DNA of 64,000 bases from Macrostomum lignano (lineage: Eukaryota). The stretch lies in contig NIVC01001122.1 in the NCBI GenBank assembly GCA_002269645.1, positions 62,001 to 126,000 of the forward strand, given 5' to 3'. Shown one piece after another: positions 31,762 through 54,770 of the stretch. Positions within the stretch are counted from its first letter, which is position 1; each line of letters begins with the position of its first letter. Below the pieces are notes generated by a model that saw only the letters and a program-made list of their open reading frames with translations, made no database searches and was not told the origin of the DNA. Made by a program: the position numbers and the translations under genes.

Positions 31762-34051
31762 CTATTTACATCTAGAATCTAAATTATATTTATACATATT
31801 TTAAGCTAGTGCACCTGTCTTATCTTTTTTATTTAGTTGCTGAAATGCTAAAATGATTAAGGAAAGGACGTTAATGTCAATAGTGGGACTAGGTCGGATA
31901 GGATAGTACAGTATAGCATATGAGCGTCTAAAAAGTAAATGTATCAATGGCTAAATGAGTAGAGTATAAAAACGAAAGGGAATTGACTTTCTGTGTGGTA
32001 AAATAGCAAACGTTAGATGTGTAATTAAAATACACAGGCACAACATTTAGACGGAAACTTCGACCTCAATTAACATACTAATAATTCAAGTTAATTGACG
32101 GTCTGCCGCCTAGTCGAGTGTGTGTGATTATGCGACAGAGAAAAAAGATTCTATGAAACTTTTTGATATCATATTCAAGATGGAGCTGGCTAGGAAACAA
32201 GTTTACGGCTATTGCTCAAATTGCTCAGACTGTATATAAACTAAGTATAAACATTGTAATTACTTTACCAAGGCTAATCAGTTGGAGTTGCTTGTTATAA
32301 TATCTTTATTTAAAAGTCGTACATTTTGAATTTTCGTGTTGCGTTTGCTTCATAAACCCAATTACAGAAATAAGCTGACTAGTCTTGAATCAGTTCTAAT
32401 AGAAAAAGTCGAAAATATTGTATTAAGCTCCTGGTTACAAGCTATGTTTTTGTTTTTAATTCTCTGTTTACTACCATATTCAACTACATGTATTCATAAA
32501 CCAAAACACAAATAATTACTCTGACAATAAAGAAACAACGCATTGTTTACTTTTCGTAGCAGCCTACTGAGTGAAGAAAATTAAGTAGTATGGGATTGAT
32601 TTTGAATACGTCCAAACACAGAGAATTCTATGTAAGCTATAATGTCTACCTTTTGGGTTAATTTAAATTTATTCTGCGGATGTAGTACAAATTATATATC
32701 TGAGGCAGCCTACATACTATTACAGTACATGTATAAGCAATGTCAAATGTAAGCATTAGCTAAATAAAATTGGTAATGGATTATGCACGCAAAAAGCCAC
32801 TAACAATGGTGAACTTAGGAGAGATCGATAGGAAGCGATCTCGAACATGCGCTGATATGAACTGGGCCACCCCCATAATCTTGATAACAGCTAGAGAGAG
32901 GGAGTTGGACACACGGTATGCTGAGTATTTCAATTTAGTTTGCTCAATCTGCTGAATGAATATTAGCCGGAGATTTTTTATCGTGACACAGACTTTCTCG
33001 GTGCCTACATACTAATATAAAGCACAGGAAGCCAAAACTCCTGATTGATAGGAAGTCCAGACCAAGTGGCTTGCTTTTTCATGTCGCCTGAGATTCACTT
33101 GTCATTCTAGCCCGTTGACGCTAAAAAAGTTTAGTAAGGAAGTGCTATATACTCGTATGATGGGACTCATTGAGAAAGTCAGCTAGTAGGGTTGGATCAT
33201 TTGTCACAAAAAATCAGTCACACCATTCAAACTCATATTTTATATAGCTAATATACATATATATAATAAATTTATAAAATCACAAACCTACGGTATATAT
33301 GCAGACCTATACGAGTACAGTATACCATCAGCTATACCAAAGTAGAAATTTTTTGACTCAAAAACATTATACGAGTACTTTAACGTCTAATAATATCTGT
33401 CACGTGATGGGGATGAAACATAGTGCTATATAGCTACGAGCTGAGCGTGCGTGCTAATTTACAAAATCCCCAATTACACACACATTGAAGTATATTCTGT
33501 CACATTCTGTCCCTGAGCGTGGTACAGGCATTTCAGCATTATAGATTGCATCAAAGCCATGCACACCTTGGCTTGGCTTTTCAATTCTTTGCACTTGAGT
33601 AGCCCCTGATTGTTGGGATTGACATTCTGGCATCCACTGTTGATAGACTTGATTGATAGCTCTGTGGCAGGTTAAATAGGCTAAATTCTTAGTGTCTGTG
33701 AAATAATTTTTTATAACTTGGATAAGAACAGCGAGCATACGTTCTTAAATCAGCTTGAAAGGCATGCAATAAATTGACTCGTGGCCCTTAAGTGTTTCAG
33801 CTCTCAATGTCTGTCAAACGCGACTTTACCTCTTCAATCGCAATGGTTGGCACATCAAGACATACAGGTTTTACTCCACGCCTTTAATCATATAATTATC
33901 TCGCCTTAGTCTTAGCACTCGTAACTTAGGAACAAAACTAAACTAAAATGCTCTCTTAACGCTTTCATCTCAAAGGTCCTTCAGGCTGACGATGTAAGCA
34001 AAATGCCTACAAAGGCATATTTTTAAACCACATAGATGAATAATAATGCAT

Positions 34052-34424
<373 letters not shown>

Positions 34425-35195
34425 GCGTCTCTTCCTCATCTGCACGCATGTCGCGCCGGCTCCTCCATCACCCAAGCGGCAGTGTTATATCTCAGCAGCA
34501 AAGCAAACTTTTTCGAGAGCTATAGTAGAATTTCTGAGCATACTTTCTTACTCCTTGATCGAATCAGTTCGCAACAGGCATGAGAGATCGACTACGGTAG
34601 AGAAGAGGAAAGCTCTGATTAGCTCCAGTTGCGGTGCCTTTCCAATTCTGCCAGTCTTTTGACAATTATCTCGCCCAGTTGCTCTCGCGAGTGCTGGAAG
34701 GGCATTCGCTCCATCGTCTGCTCATGGGCACAGAGTCCGGAATCTTCGAGCTCCGAAGCGGAGGCTGGGTGGGGAGATGAGAAATTGTGAGACTATGTTC
34801 TTTTCCTTCTTGCTAGTTTGCTGCTTTTTGCTTCTTTCGCCGTGGATCTGGAATAAGCATTGGCTCCAAATACTTCAGCGACCTCGCTAATGCGGACACC
34901 CACCAGCTATTGGCATAGAAAAGTGCGCCACGCCCACTCTTTATTAGACGAGAGGTGCCGTCAAATTGCGGCACGGCCGACTTCGAGCTGACCAGCAAAT
35001 AAAACACGAGAGCCAGCAGCAGTCGCCGCTTCCCACGGATACAAAAAAGACGGCCTTCATATTGACTGAGAAGAGTTGGGCGGAGCTCTACGCTGGCCTG
35101 CTTGGAAACTAGACAAACTCGGTTTCTGGAGTCCGTCTCGGGTTTCAAACTTCTACCTCCGGCACTTGTTGCCTGTGACTGAGGCATGGACAGCT

Positions 35196-38100
35196 ATTAG
35201 CAATGCATTCTACTCCCTCACCTGTCAGATAGATTAGCAATGCATTCTACTCCCTCACCTGTCAGATAGATTAGCAATGCATTCTACTCCCTCACCTGTC
35301 AGATAGATTAGCAATGCATTCTACTCCCTCACCTGTCAGATAGAATAGCAATGCATTCTATTCCCTCACCTGTCAGATAGATAAGCAATGCATTCTACTC
35401 CCTCACCTGTCAGATAGAATAGCAATGCATTCTATTCCCTCACCTGTCAGATAGATTAGCAATGCATTCTATTCCCTCACCTGTCAGATAGATTAGCAAT
35501 GCATTCTACTCCTTCACCTGTCAGATAGATTAGCAATGCATTCTATTCCCTCACCTGTCAGATAGATTAGCAATGCATTCTACTCCTTCACCTGTCAGAT
35601 AGAATAGCAATGCATTCTATTCCCTCACCTGTCAGATAGATTAGCAATGCATTCTACTCCTTCACCTGTCAGATAGATTAGCAATGCATTCTATTCCCTC
35701 ACCTGTCAGATAGATTAGCAATGCATTCTACTCGTACTCCCATCACCTGTCAGATAGATTAGCAATGCATTCTACTCGTACTCCCATCACCTGTCAGATA
35801 GATTAGCAATGCATTCTATTCCCTCACCTGTCAGATAGATTAGCAATGCATTCTACTCCCTCACCTGTCAGATAGATTAGCAATGCATTCTATTCCCTCA
35901 CCTGTCAGATAGATTAGCAATGCATTCTACTCCCTCACCTGTCAGATAGAATAGCAATGCATTATATTCCCTCACCTGTCAGATAGATAAGCAATGCATT
36001 CTACTCCCTCACCTGTCAGATAGAATAGCAATGCATTCTATTCCCTCACCTGTCAGATAGATTAGCAATGCATTCTATTCCCTCACCTGTCAGATAGATT
36101 AGCAATGCATTCTACTCCTTCACCTGTCAGATAGATTAGCAATGCATTCTATTCCCTCACCTGTCAGATAGATTAGCAATGCATTCTACTCCTTCACCTG
36201 TCAGATAGAATAGCAATGCATTCTATTCCCTCACCTGTCAGATAGATTAGCAATGCATTCTACTCCTTCACCTGTCAGATAGATTAGCAATGCATTCTAT
36301 TCCCTCACCTGTCAGATAGATTAGCAATGCATTCTACTCGTACTCCCATCACCTGTCAGATAGATTAGCAATGCATTCTATTCCCTCACCTGTCAGATAG
36401 ATTAGCAATGCATTCTACTCCCTCACCTGTCAGATAGATTAGCAATGCATTCTACTCCCTCACCTGTCAGATAGAATAGCAATGCATTCTACTCCCTCAC
36501 CTGTCAGATAGATTAGCAATGCATTCTACTCCCTCACCTGTCAGATAGATTAGCAATGCATTCTACTCCCTCACCTGTCAGATAGAATAGCAATGCATTC
36601 TATTCCCTCACCTGTCAGATAGATTAGCAATGCATTCTACTCCCTCACCTGTCAGATAGAATAGCAATGCATTCTATTCCCTCACCTGTCAGATAGATTA
36701 GCAATGCATTCTACTCCCTCACCTGTCAGATAGATTAGCAATGCATTCTACTCCCTCACCTGTCAGATAGATTAGCAATGCATTCTACTCCCTCACCTGT
36801 CAGATAGATAGCAATGCATTCTATTCCCTCACCTGTCAGATAGATTAGCAATGCATTCTACTCCCTCACCTGTCAGATAGATTAGCAATGCATTCTACTC
36901 CTTCACCTGTCAGATAGATTAGCAATGCATTCTATTCCCTCACCTGTCAGATAGATTAGCAATGCATTCTACTCCTTCACCTGTCAGATAGATAGCAATG
37001 CATTCTATTCCCTCACCTGTCAGATAGATTAGCAATGCATTCTACTCCTTCACCTGTCAGATAGATTAGCAATGCATTCTACTCCCTCACCTGTCAGATA
37101 GATTAGCAATGCATTCTACTCGTACTCCCCTCACCTGTCAGATAGATTAGCAATGCATTCTACTCGTACTCCCCTCACCTGTCAGATAGATTAGCAATGC
37201 ATTCTATTCCCTCACCTGTCAGATAGATTAGCAATGCATTCTACTCCCTCACCTGTCAGATAGATTAGCAATGCATTCTACTCCCTCACCTGTCAGATAG
37301 ATTAGCAATGCATTCTACTCCCTCACCTGTCAGATAGATTAGCAATGCATTCTACTCCCTCACCTGTCAGATAGATAGCAATGCATTCTATTCCCTCACC
37401 TGTCAGATAGATTAGCAATGCATTCTACTCCCTCACCTGTCAGATAGAATAGCAATGCATTCTATTCCCTCACCTGTCAGATAGATTAGCAATGCATTCT
37501 ACTCCCTCACCTGTCAGATAGATTAGCAATGCATTCTACTCCCTCACCTGTCAGATAGATTAGCAATGCATTCTATTCCCTCACCTGTCAGATAGATTAG
37601 CAATGCATTCTACTCGTACTCCCATCACCTGTCAGATAGATTAGCAATGCATTCTATTCCCTCACCTGTCAGATAGATTAGCAATGCATTCTACTCCCTC
37701 ACCTGTCAGATAGAATAGCAATGCATTCTATTCCCTCACCTGTCAGATAGATTAGCAATGCATTCTATTCCCTCACCTGTCAGATAGATTAGCAATGCAT
37801 TCTACTCCCTCACCTGTCAGATAGATTAGCAATGCATTCTATTCCCTCACCTGTCAGATAGATTAGCAATGCATTCTACTCCCTCACCTGTCAGATAGAT
37901 AGCAATGCATTCTATTCCCTCACCTGTCAGATAGATTAGCAATGCATTCTATTCCCTCACCTGTCAGATAGATTAGCAATGCATTCTACTCCCTCACCTG
38001 TCAGATAGATTAGCAATGCATTCTACTCCCTCACCTGTCAGATAGATTAGCAATGCATTCTACTCCCTCACCTGTCAGATAGATTAGCAATGCATTCTAC

Positions 38101-41100
38101 TCCCTCACCTGTCAGATAGATTAGCAATGCATTCTACTCCCTCACCTGTCAGATAGATTAGCAATGCATTCTACTCCCTCACCTGTCAGATAGATTAGCA
38201 ATGCATTCTACTCCCTCACCTGTCAGATAGATTAGCAATGCATTCTATTCCCTCACCTGTCAGATAGATTAGCAATGCATTCTATTCCCTCACCTGTCAG
38301 ATAGATTAGCAATGCATTCTACTCCCTCACCTGTCAGATAGATTAGCAATGCATTCTATTCCCTCACCTGTCAGATAGATTAGCAATGCATTCTACTCCC
38401 TCACCTGTCAGATAGATTAGCAATGCATTCTATTCCCTCACCTGTCAGATAGATTAGCAATGCATTCTACTCCCTCACCTGTCAGATAGATTAGCAATGC
38501 ATTCTACTCCCTCACCTGTCAGATAGATTAGCAATGCATTCTATTCCCTCACCTGTCAGATAGATTAGCAATGCATTCTACTCCCTCACCTGTCAGATAG
38601 ATTAGCAATGCATTCTACTCCCTCACCTGTCAGATAGATTAGCAATGCATTCTACTACTCCCTCACCTGTCAGATAGATTAGCAATGCATTCTACTCGTA
38701 CTCCCCTCACCTGTCAGATAGATTAGCAATGCATTCTATTCCCTCACCTGTCAGATAGATTAGCAATGCATTCTATTCCTCACCTGTCAGATAGATTAGC
38801 AATGCATTCTATTCCCTCACCTGTCAGATAGATTAGCAATGCATTCTACTCCCTCACCTGTCAGATAGATTAGCAATGCATTCTATTCCCTCACCTGTCA
38901 GATAGATTAGCAATGCATTCTACTCCCTCACCTGTCAGATAGATTAGCAATGCATTCTATTCCCTCACCTGTCAGATAGATTAGCAATGCATTCTACTCC
39001 CTCACCTGTCAGATAGATTAGCAATGCATTCTATTCCCTCACCTGTCAGATAGATTAGCAATGCATTCTACTCCCTCACCTGTCAGATAGATTAGCAATG
39101 CATTCTACTCCCTCACCTGTCAGATAGATTAGCAATGCATTCTATCCCTCACCTGTCAGATAGATTAGCAATGCATTCTACTCCCTCACCTGTCAGATAG
39201 ATTAGCAATGCATTCTACTCCCTCACCTGTCAGATAGATTAGCAATGCATTCTACTCCCTCACCTGTCAGATAGATTAGCAATGCATTCTACTCCCTCAC
39301 CTGTCAGATAGATTAGCAATGCATTCTACTCCCTCACCTGTCAGATAGATTAGCAATGCATTCTACTCCCTCACCTGTCAGATAGATTAGCAATGCATTC
39401 TACTCCCTCACCTGTCAGATAGATTAGCAATGCATTCTATTCCCTCACCTGTCAGATAGATTAGCAATGCATTCTATTCCCTCACCTGTCAGATAGATTA
39501 GCAATGCATTCTACTCCTCACCTGTCAGATAGATTAGCAATGCATTCTATTCCCTCACCTGTCAGATAGATTAGCAATGCATTCTACTCCTCACCTGTCA
39601 GATAGATTAGCAATGCATTCTATTCCCTCACCTGTCAGATAGATTAGCAATGCATTCTACTCCTCACCTGTCAGATAGATTAGCAATGCATTCTATTCCC
39701 TCACCTGTCAGATAGATTAGCAATGCATTCTACTCCCTCACCTGTCAGATAGATTAGCAATGCATTCTACTCCCTCACCTGTCAGATAGATTAGCAATGC
39801 ATTCTACTCCCTCACCTGTCAGATAGATTAGCAATGCATTCTACTCCCTCACCTGTCAGATAGATTAGCAATGCATTCTACTCCCTCACCTGTCAGATAG
39901 ATTAGCAATGCATTCTACTCCCTCACCTGTCAGATAGATTAGCAATGCATTCTACTCCCTCACCTGTCAGATAGATTAGCAATGCATTCTACTCCCTCAC
40001 CTGTCAGATAGATTAGCAATGCATTCTACTCCTCACCTGTCAGATAGATTAGCAATGCATTCTATCCCTCACCTGTCAGATAGATTAGCAATGCATTCTA
40101 TTCCCTCACCTGTCAGATAGATTAGCAATGCATTCTACTCCTCACCTGTCAGATAGATTAGCAATGCATTCTATTCCCTCACCTGTCAGATAGATTAGCA
40201 ATGCATTCTACTCCTCACCTGTCAGATAGATTAGCAATGCATTCTATTCCCTCACCTGTCAGATAGATTAGCAATGCATTCTACTCCCTCACCTGTCAGA
40301 TAGATTAGCAATGCATTCTATTCCCTCACCTGTCAGATAGATTAGCAATGCATTCTACTCCCTCACCTGTCAGATAGATTAGCAATGCATTCTACTCCCT
40401 CACCTGTCAGATAGATTAGCAATGCATTCTACTCCCTCACCTGTCAGATAGATTAGCAATGCATTCTACTCCCTCACCTGTCAGATAGATTAGCAATGCA
40501 TTCTACTCCCTCACCTGTCAGATAGATTAGCAATGCATTCTACTCCCTCACCTGTCAGATAGATTAGCAATGCATTCTACTCCCTCACCTGTCAGATAGA
40601 TTAGCAATGCATTCTACTCCCTCACCTGTCAGATAGATTAGCAATGCATTCTACTCCCTCACCTGTCAGATAGATTAGCAATGCATTCTACTCCCTCACC
40701 TGTCAGATAGATTAGCAATGCATTCTACTCCCTCACCTGTCAGATAGATTAGCAATGCATTCTATTCCCTCACCTGTCAGATAGATTAGCAATGCATTCT
40801 ACTCCCTCACCTGTCAGATAGATTAGCAATGCATTCTACTCCCTCACCTGTCAGATAGATTAGCAATGCATTCTATTCCCTCACCTGTCAGATAGATTAG
40901 CAATGCATTCTATTCCCTCACCTGTCAGATAGATTAGCAATGCATTCTATTCCCTCACCTGTCAGATAGATTAGCAATGCATTCTACTCCCTCACCTGTC
41001 AGATAGATTAGCAATGCATTCTATTCCCTCACCTGTCAGATAGATTAGCAATGCATTCTATTCCCTCACCTGTCAGATAGATTAGCAATGCATTCTACTC

Positions 41101-44100
41101 CCTCACCTGTCAGATAGATTAGCAATGCATTCTATTCCCTCACCTGTCAGATAGATTAGCAATGCATTCTACTCCCTCACCTGTCAGATAGATTAGCAAT
41201 GCATTCTACTCCCTCACCTGTCAGATAGATTAGCAATGCATTCTACTCCCTCACCTGTCAGATAGATTAGCAATGCATTCTACTCCCTCACCTGTCAGAT
41301 AGATTAGCAATGCATTCTACTCCCTCACCTGTCAGATAGATTAGCAATGCATTCTACTCCCTCACCTGTCAGATAGATTAGCAATGCATTCTACTCCCTC
41401 ACCTGTCAGATAGATTAGCAATGCATTCTACTCCCTCACCTGTCAGATAGATTAGCAATGCATTCTACTCCCTCACCTGTCAGATAGATTAGCAATGCAT
41501 TCTACTCCCTCACCTGTCAGATAGATTAGCAATGCATTCTATTCCCTCACCTGTCAGATAGATTAGCAATGCATTCTATCCCTCACCTGTCAGATAGATT
41601 AGCAATGCATTCTACTCCCTCACCTGTCAGATAGATTAGCAATGCATTCTACTCCCTCACCTGTCAGATAGATTAGCAATGCATTCTACTCCCTCACCTG
41701 TCAGATAGATTAGCAATGCATTCTATTCCCTCACCTGTCAGATAGATTAGCAATGCATTCTACTCCCTCACCTGTCAGATAGATTAGCAATGCATTCTAC
41801 TCCCTCACCTGTCAGATAGATTAGCAATGCATTCTACTTCCCTCACCTGTCAGATAGATTAGCAATGCATTCTACTCCTCACCTGTCAGATAGATTAGCA
41901 ATGCATTCTACTCCCTCACCTGTCAGATAGATTAGCAATGCATTCTATTCCCTCACCTGTCAGATAGATTAGCAATGCATTCTATTCCCTCACCTGTCAG
42001 ATAGATTAGCAATGCATTCTATTCCCTCACCTGTCAGATAGATTAGCAATGCATTCTATTCCCTCACCTGTCAGATAGATTAGCAATGCATTCTATCCCT
42101 CACCTGTCAGATAGATTAGCAATGCATTCTACTCCCTCACCTGTCAGATAGATTAGCAATGCATTCTACTCCCTCACCTGTCAGATAGATTAGCAATGCA
42201 TTCTACTCCCTCACCTGTCAGATAGATTAGCAATGCATTCTACTCCCTCACCTGTCAGATAGATTAGCAATGCATTCTACTCCCTCACCTGTCAGATAGA
42301 TTAGCAATGCATTCTATTCCCTCACCTGTCAGATAGATTAGCAATGCATTCTACTCCCTCACCTGTCAGATAGATTAGCAATGCATTCTACTCCCTCACC
42401 TGTCAGATAGATTAGCAATGCATTCTACTCCCTCACCTGTCAGATAGATTAGCAATGCATTCTACTCCCTCACCTGTCAGATAGATTAGCAATGCATTCT
42501 ACTCCCTCACCTGTCAGATAGATTAGCAATGCATTCTACTCCCTCACCTGTCAGATAGATTAGCAATGCATTCTACTCCCTCACCTGTCAGATAGATTAG
42601 CAATGCATTCTACTCCCTCACCTGTCAGATAGATTAGCAATGCATTCTACTCCCTCACCTGTCAGATAGATTAGCAATGCATTCTACTCCCTCACCTGTC
42701 AGATAGATTAGCAATGCATTCTACTCCCTCACCTGTCAGATAGATTAGCAATGCATTCTACTCCCTCACCTGTCAGATAGATTAGCAATGCATTCTACTC
42801 CCTCACCTGTCAGATAGATTAGCAATGCATTCTACTCCCTCACCTGTCAGATAGATTAGCAATGCATTCTACTCCCTCACCTGTCAGATAGATTAGCAAT
42901 GCATTCTACTCCCTCACCTGTCAGATAGATTAGCAATGCATTCTACTCCCTCACCTGTCAGATAGATTAGCAATGCATTCTACTCCCTCACCTGTCAGAT
43001 AGATTAGCAATGCATTCTACTCCCTCACCTGTCAGATAGATTAGCAATGCATTCTACTCCCTCACCTGTCAGATAGATTAGCAATGCATTCTACTCCCTC
43101 ACCTGTCAGATAGATTAGCAATGCATTCTACTCCCTCACCTGTCAGATAGATTAGCAATGCATTCTACTCCCTCACCTGTCAGATAGATTAGCAATGCAT
43201 TCTATTCCCTCACCTGTCAGATAGATTAGCAATGCATTCTACTCCCTCACCTGTCAGATAGATTAGCAATGCATTCTACTCCCTCACCTGTCAGATAGAT
43301 TAGCAATGCATTCTACTCCCTCACCTGTCAGATAGATTAGCAATGCATTCTACTCCCTCACCTGTCAGATAGATTAGCAATGCATTCTACTCCCTCACCT
43401 GTCAGATAGATTAGCAATGCATTCTACTCCCTCACCTGTCAGATAGATTAGCAATGCATTCTACTCCCTCACCTGTCAGATAGATTAGCAATGCATTCTA
43501 CTCCCTCACCTGTCAGATAGATTAGCAATGCATTCTACTCCCTCACCTGTCAGATAGATTAGCAATGCATTCTACTCCCTCACCTGTCAGATAGATTAGC
43601 AATGCATTCTACTCCCTCACCTGTCAGATAGATTAGCAATGCATTCTACTCCCTCACCTGTCAGATAGATTAGCAATGCATTCTACTCCCTCACCTGTCA
43701 GATAGATTAGCAATGCATTCTACTCCCTCACCTGTCAGATAGATTAGCAATGCATTCTACTCCCTCACCTGTCAGATAGATTAGCAATGCATTCTACTCC
43801 CTCACCTGTCAGATAGATTAGCAATGCATTCTACTCCCTCACCTGTCAGATAGATTAGCAATGCATTCTACTCCCTCACCTGTCAGATAGATTAGCAATG
43901 CATTCTACTCCCTCACCTGTCAGATAGATTAGCAATGCATTCTACTCCCTCACCTGTCAGATAGATTAGCAATGCATTCTACTCCCTCACCTGTCAGATA
44001 GATTAGCAATGCATTCTACTCCCTCACCTGTCAGATAGATTAGCAATGCATTCTACTCCCTCACCTGTCAGATAGATTAGCAATGCATTCTACTCCCTCA

Positions 44101-45504
44101 CCTGTCAGATAGATTAGCAATGCATTCTACTCCCTCACCTGTCAGATAGATTAGCAATGCATTCTACTCCCTCACCTGTCAGATAGATTAGCAATGCATT
44201 CTACTCCCTCACCTGTCAGATAGATTAGCAATGCATTCTACTCCCTCACCTGTCAGATAGATTAGCAATGCATTCTACTCCCTCACCTGTCAGATAGATT
44301 AGCAATGCATTCTACTCCCTCACCTGTCAGATAGATTAGCAATGCATTCTACTCCCTCACCTGTCAGATAGATTAGCAATGCATTCTACTCCCTCACCTG
44401 TCAGATAGATTAGCAATGCATTCTACTCCCTCACCTGTCAGATAGATTAGCAATGCATTCTACTCCCTCACCTGTCAGATAGATTAGCAATGCATTCTAC
44501 TCCCTCACCTGTCAGATAGATTAGCAATGCATTCTACTCCCTCACCTGTCAGATAGATTAGCAATGCATTCTACTCCCTCACCTGTCAGATAGATTAGCA
44601 ATGCATTCTACTCCCTCACCTGTCAGATAGATTAGCAATGCATTCTACTCCCTCACCTGTCAGATAGATTAGCAATGCATTCTACTCCCTCACCTGTCAG
44701 ATAGATAGCAATGCATTCTACTCCCTCACCTGTCAGATAGATTAGCAATGCATTCTACTCCCTCACCTGTCAGATAGATTAGCAATGCATTCTACTCCCT
44801 CACCTGTCAGATAGATTAGCAATGCATTCTATTCCCTCACCTGTCAGATAGATTAGCAATGCATTCTATTCCCTCACCTGTCAGATAGATTAGCAATGCA
44901 TTCTATTCCCTCACCTGTCAGATAGATTAGCAATGCATTCTATTCCCTCACCTGTCAGATAGATTAGCAATGCATTCTACTCCCTCACCTGTCAGATAGA
45001 TTAGCAATGCATTCTACTCCCTCACCTGTCAGATAGATTAGCAATGCATTCTACTCCCTCACCTGTCAGATAGATTAGCAATGCATTCTACTCCCTCACC
45101 TGTCAGATAGATTAGCAATGCATTCTACTCCCTCACCTGTCAGATAGATTAGCAATGCATTCTACTCCCTCACCTGTCAGATAGATTAGCAATGCATTCT
45201 ACTCCCTCACCTGTCAGATAGATTAGCAATGCATTCTACTCCCTCACCTGTCAGATAGATTAGCAATGCATTCTACTCCCTCACCTGTCAGATAGATTAG
45301 CAATGCATTCTACTCCCTCACCTGTCAGATAGATTAGCAATGCATTCTATTCCCTCACCTGTCAGATAGATTAGCAATGCATTCTATTCCCTCACCTGTC
45401 AGATAGATTAGCAATGCATTCTACTCCCTCACCTGTCAGATAGATTAGCAATGCATTCTACTCCCTCACCCTGTCAGATAGATTAGCAATGCATTCTACT
45501 CCCT
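35196..45504. repeat. 37-bp satellite (ATTAGCAATGCATTCTACTCCCTCACCTGTCAGATAG)n, about 10.3 kb, about 278 copies
   Basis: Read directly. Confidence 0.99.
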
Positions 45505-45991
45505 CTCTTGTTGGACAGATTAGTAGAAAAACGCAGCTCCCTGCTCTCACACCCTAAAAAGTTTTAATAAAAAAGATGAAGTTCCGCTTTCCATCAGCTG
45601 TTTTTAAAGCCATAAGCCCATCAGTCAACGCAAAAAAGATAATCCCATGCAAGGTTTTAAGTAGCCTCCTGTAAGCTTTTTTTACGAAATGAAAAAAATA
45701 TCACTTGTCGCAGGCTTTGCATGGCAACAGAAAATTATTTAGAGCGACGGCAATCTAATGGGAATTCGCCGCAATGAGGTGGAGGAGTGGAAGATTCGCC
45801 CGCCCACCCAGCCTTCCCGGCAACTACTGTAGAAATGAGCTTATTCACGATAAGATTTCCCCGATTTCCCCCTGTCACAGCCGTCGAAAATCTCTTTCAG
45901 TGGATGGCTGCTGATCGCCCACCTATGCGTCTCGCCCTCTCCCTTGCTCTTCCCCTCACCTCATTCACACGCGGTTGGTCAAGGAGAAAGC

Positions 45992-46029
<38 letters not shown>

Positions 46030-46721
46030 CGGGAGGCTGAGGCCCTAGCAGGACTATAGGACTCTGCTTTTTAAAGCAGCAATCCCGTGGGAAATACCCG
46101 CCCGCTGGCTGGGTCTTTGCTCTTCTCCATCCTCTCGGTCTTGCCGCTGAGCCGCTAGAACTTGTTGGCGATCTGCTTCCGAGGCCTGCGTGTTGCTTTC
46201 TATCTGCCGCTCTCGCCCCGGCGTCTCCGTGAACTGCCCCAACCCACACGCATCCAATAGTCCCCGTCTCGATCCCCGATTCTCGAATTCCTGCGCCTCT
46301 GACCCCTCATCCACCTTCTCCAGCTCTGGCTAATTCTCGTTTGCCCCCCACTGCGCCCCCCCCCCAACACACAGCAGAGTTCGCTACTCCGTGCCGCCTC
46401 ACCCAGCCCGGCCTCTGTCCTGCCTGCCCGCTCAGCCGGCTTGAATAACAGGAATTGATAAAGAGGCGGCCCCATCGTTCCTGGGGCACCTTGTGCGCAG
46501 AGTCGCCGCCGCCAAACCGCCTTCTGCTTCCTCTGCTCCACCCAAATTATCGACTTTTATAGGCGTCAGCGGCGCCCTAGTCTTGCCGCTCGAATTAAGG
46601 ACCGCGTGGAGAAGCCTGAGAAGCGAATTAGAGCGGCAGCGCCGAAATACACATGCCATCCAGGGTCCTTGATGCCGGCTCTGCCTGAGAAGCTGCGACT
46701 GCTAAGTCTGGTGCGAGCGAC

Positions 46722-53999
<7,278 letters not shown>

Positions 54000-54001
54000 G
54001 T

Positions 54002-54271
54002 GAGTAGAATGCAGAGTAGAATGCAGAGTAGAATGCAGAGTAGAATGTAGAGTAGAATGCAGAGTAGAATGCAGAGTAGAATACAGAGTAGAATGCAGAG
54101 TAGAATGCAGAGTAGAATACAGAGTAGAATGCAGAGTAGAATGCAGAGTAGAATGCAGAGTAGAATGCAGAGTAGAATGCAGAGTAGAATGCGGAGTAGA
54201 ATGCAGAGTAGAATGCAGAGTAGAATGCAGAGTAGAATGCAGAGTAGAATGCAGAGTAGAATGCAGAGTAG
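54002..54271. repeat. 12-bp repeat (GAGTAGAATGCA)n
   Basis: Read directly; starts inside a GTGAGT donor. Confidence 0.96.
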
Positions 54272-54770
54272 AATTATAGCTCGTAGAAAAAAAGTGGAAG
54301 TCAAAGTAGAACGCTCATAAGTATGCAGAACAGAACTCGTGTGGAAAGTGCATGCTTTTTGCGCGTTTAATATTAATCATAATAGTGCAGCAAAGAAACA
54401 AAACATGACCGTAATATAATTATTGCAAATTGAATACAATTTAGCTCAGCTTTATTATGTGATTAGATTGAGGATTAATAGTAAAGTGGGAAGTCGTGTT
54501 CACTATGCTTTAGAATATGCTGATTTACATACGGCTCGTAGTAATCTCGTTAATTTTTCTATTGCAGATTTACACTGGATTCTGCCAGGACGTAAGTCAT
54601 CTGAAGTTGACCGTTTTAGAGCGATATAGAGATTCTATCGAAATTTTTGAGCTTTTCATTTCATTGCATAGGCTTGGGTGGGGCTGTGCACGGTAATGTT
54701 GACTACAAGTATGTTGACAGGAACTTGGTCCTGATTGAGGCCCCGTGACTGCGGCAACAAATGAGGGGTG

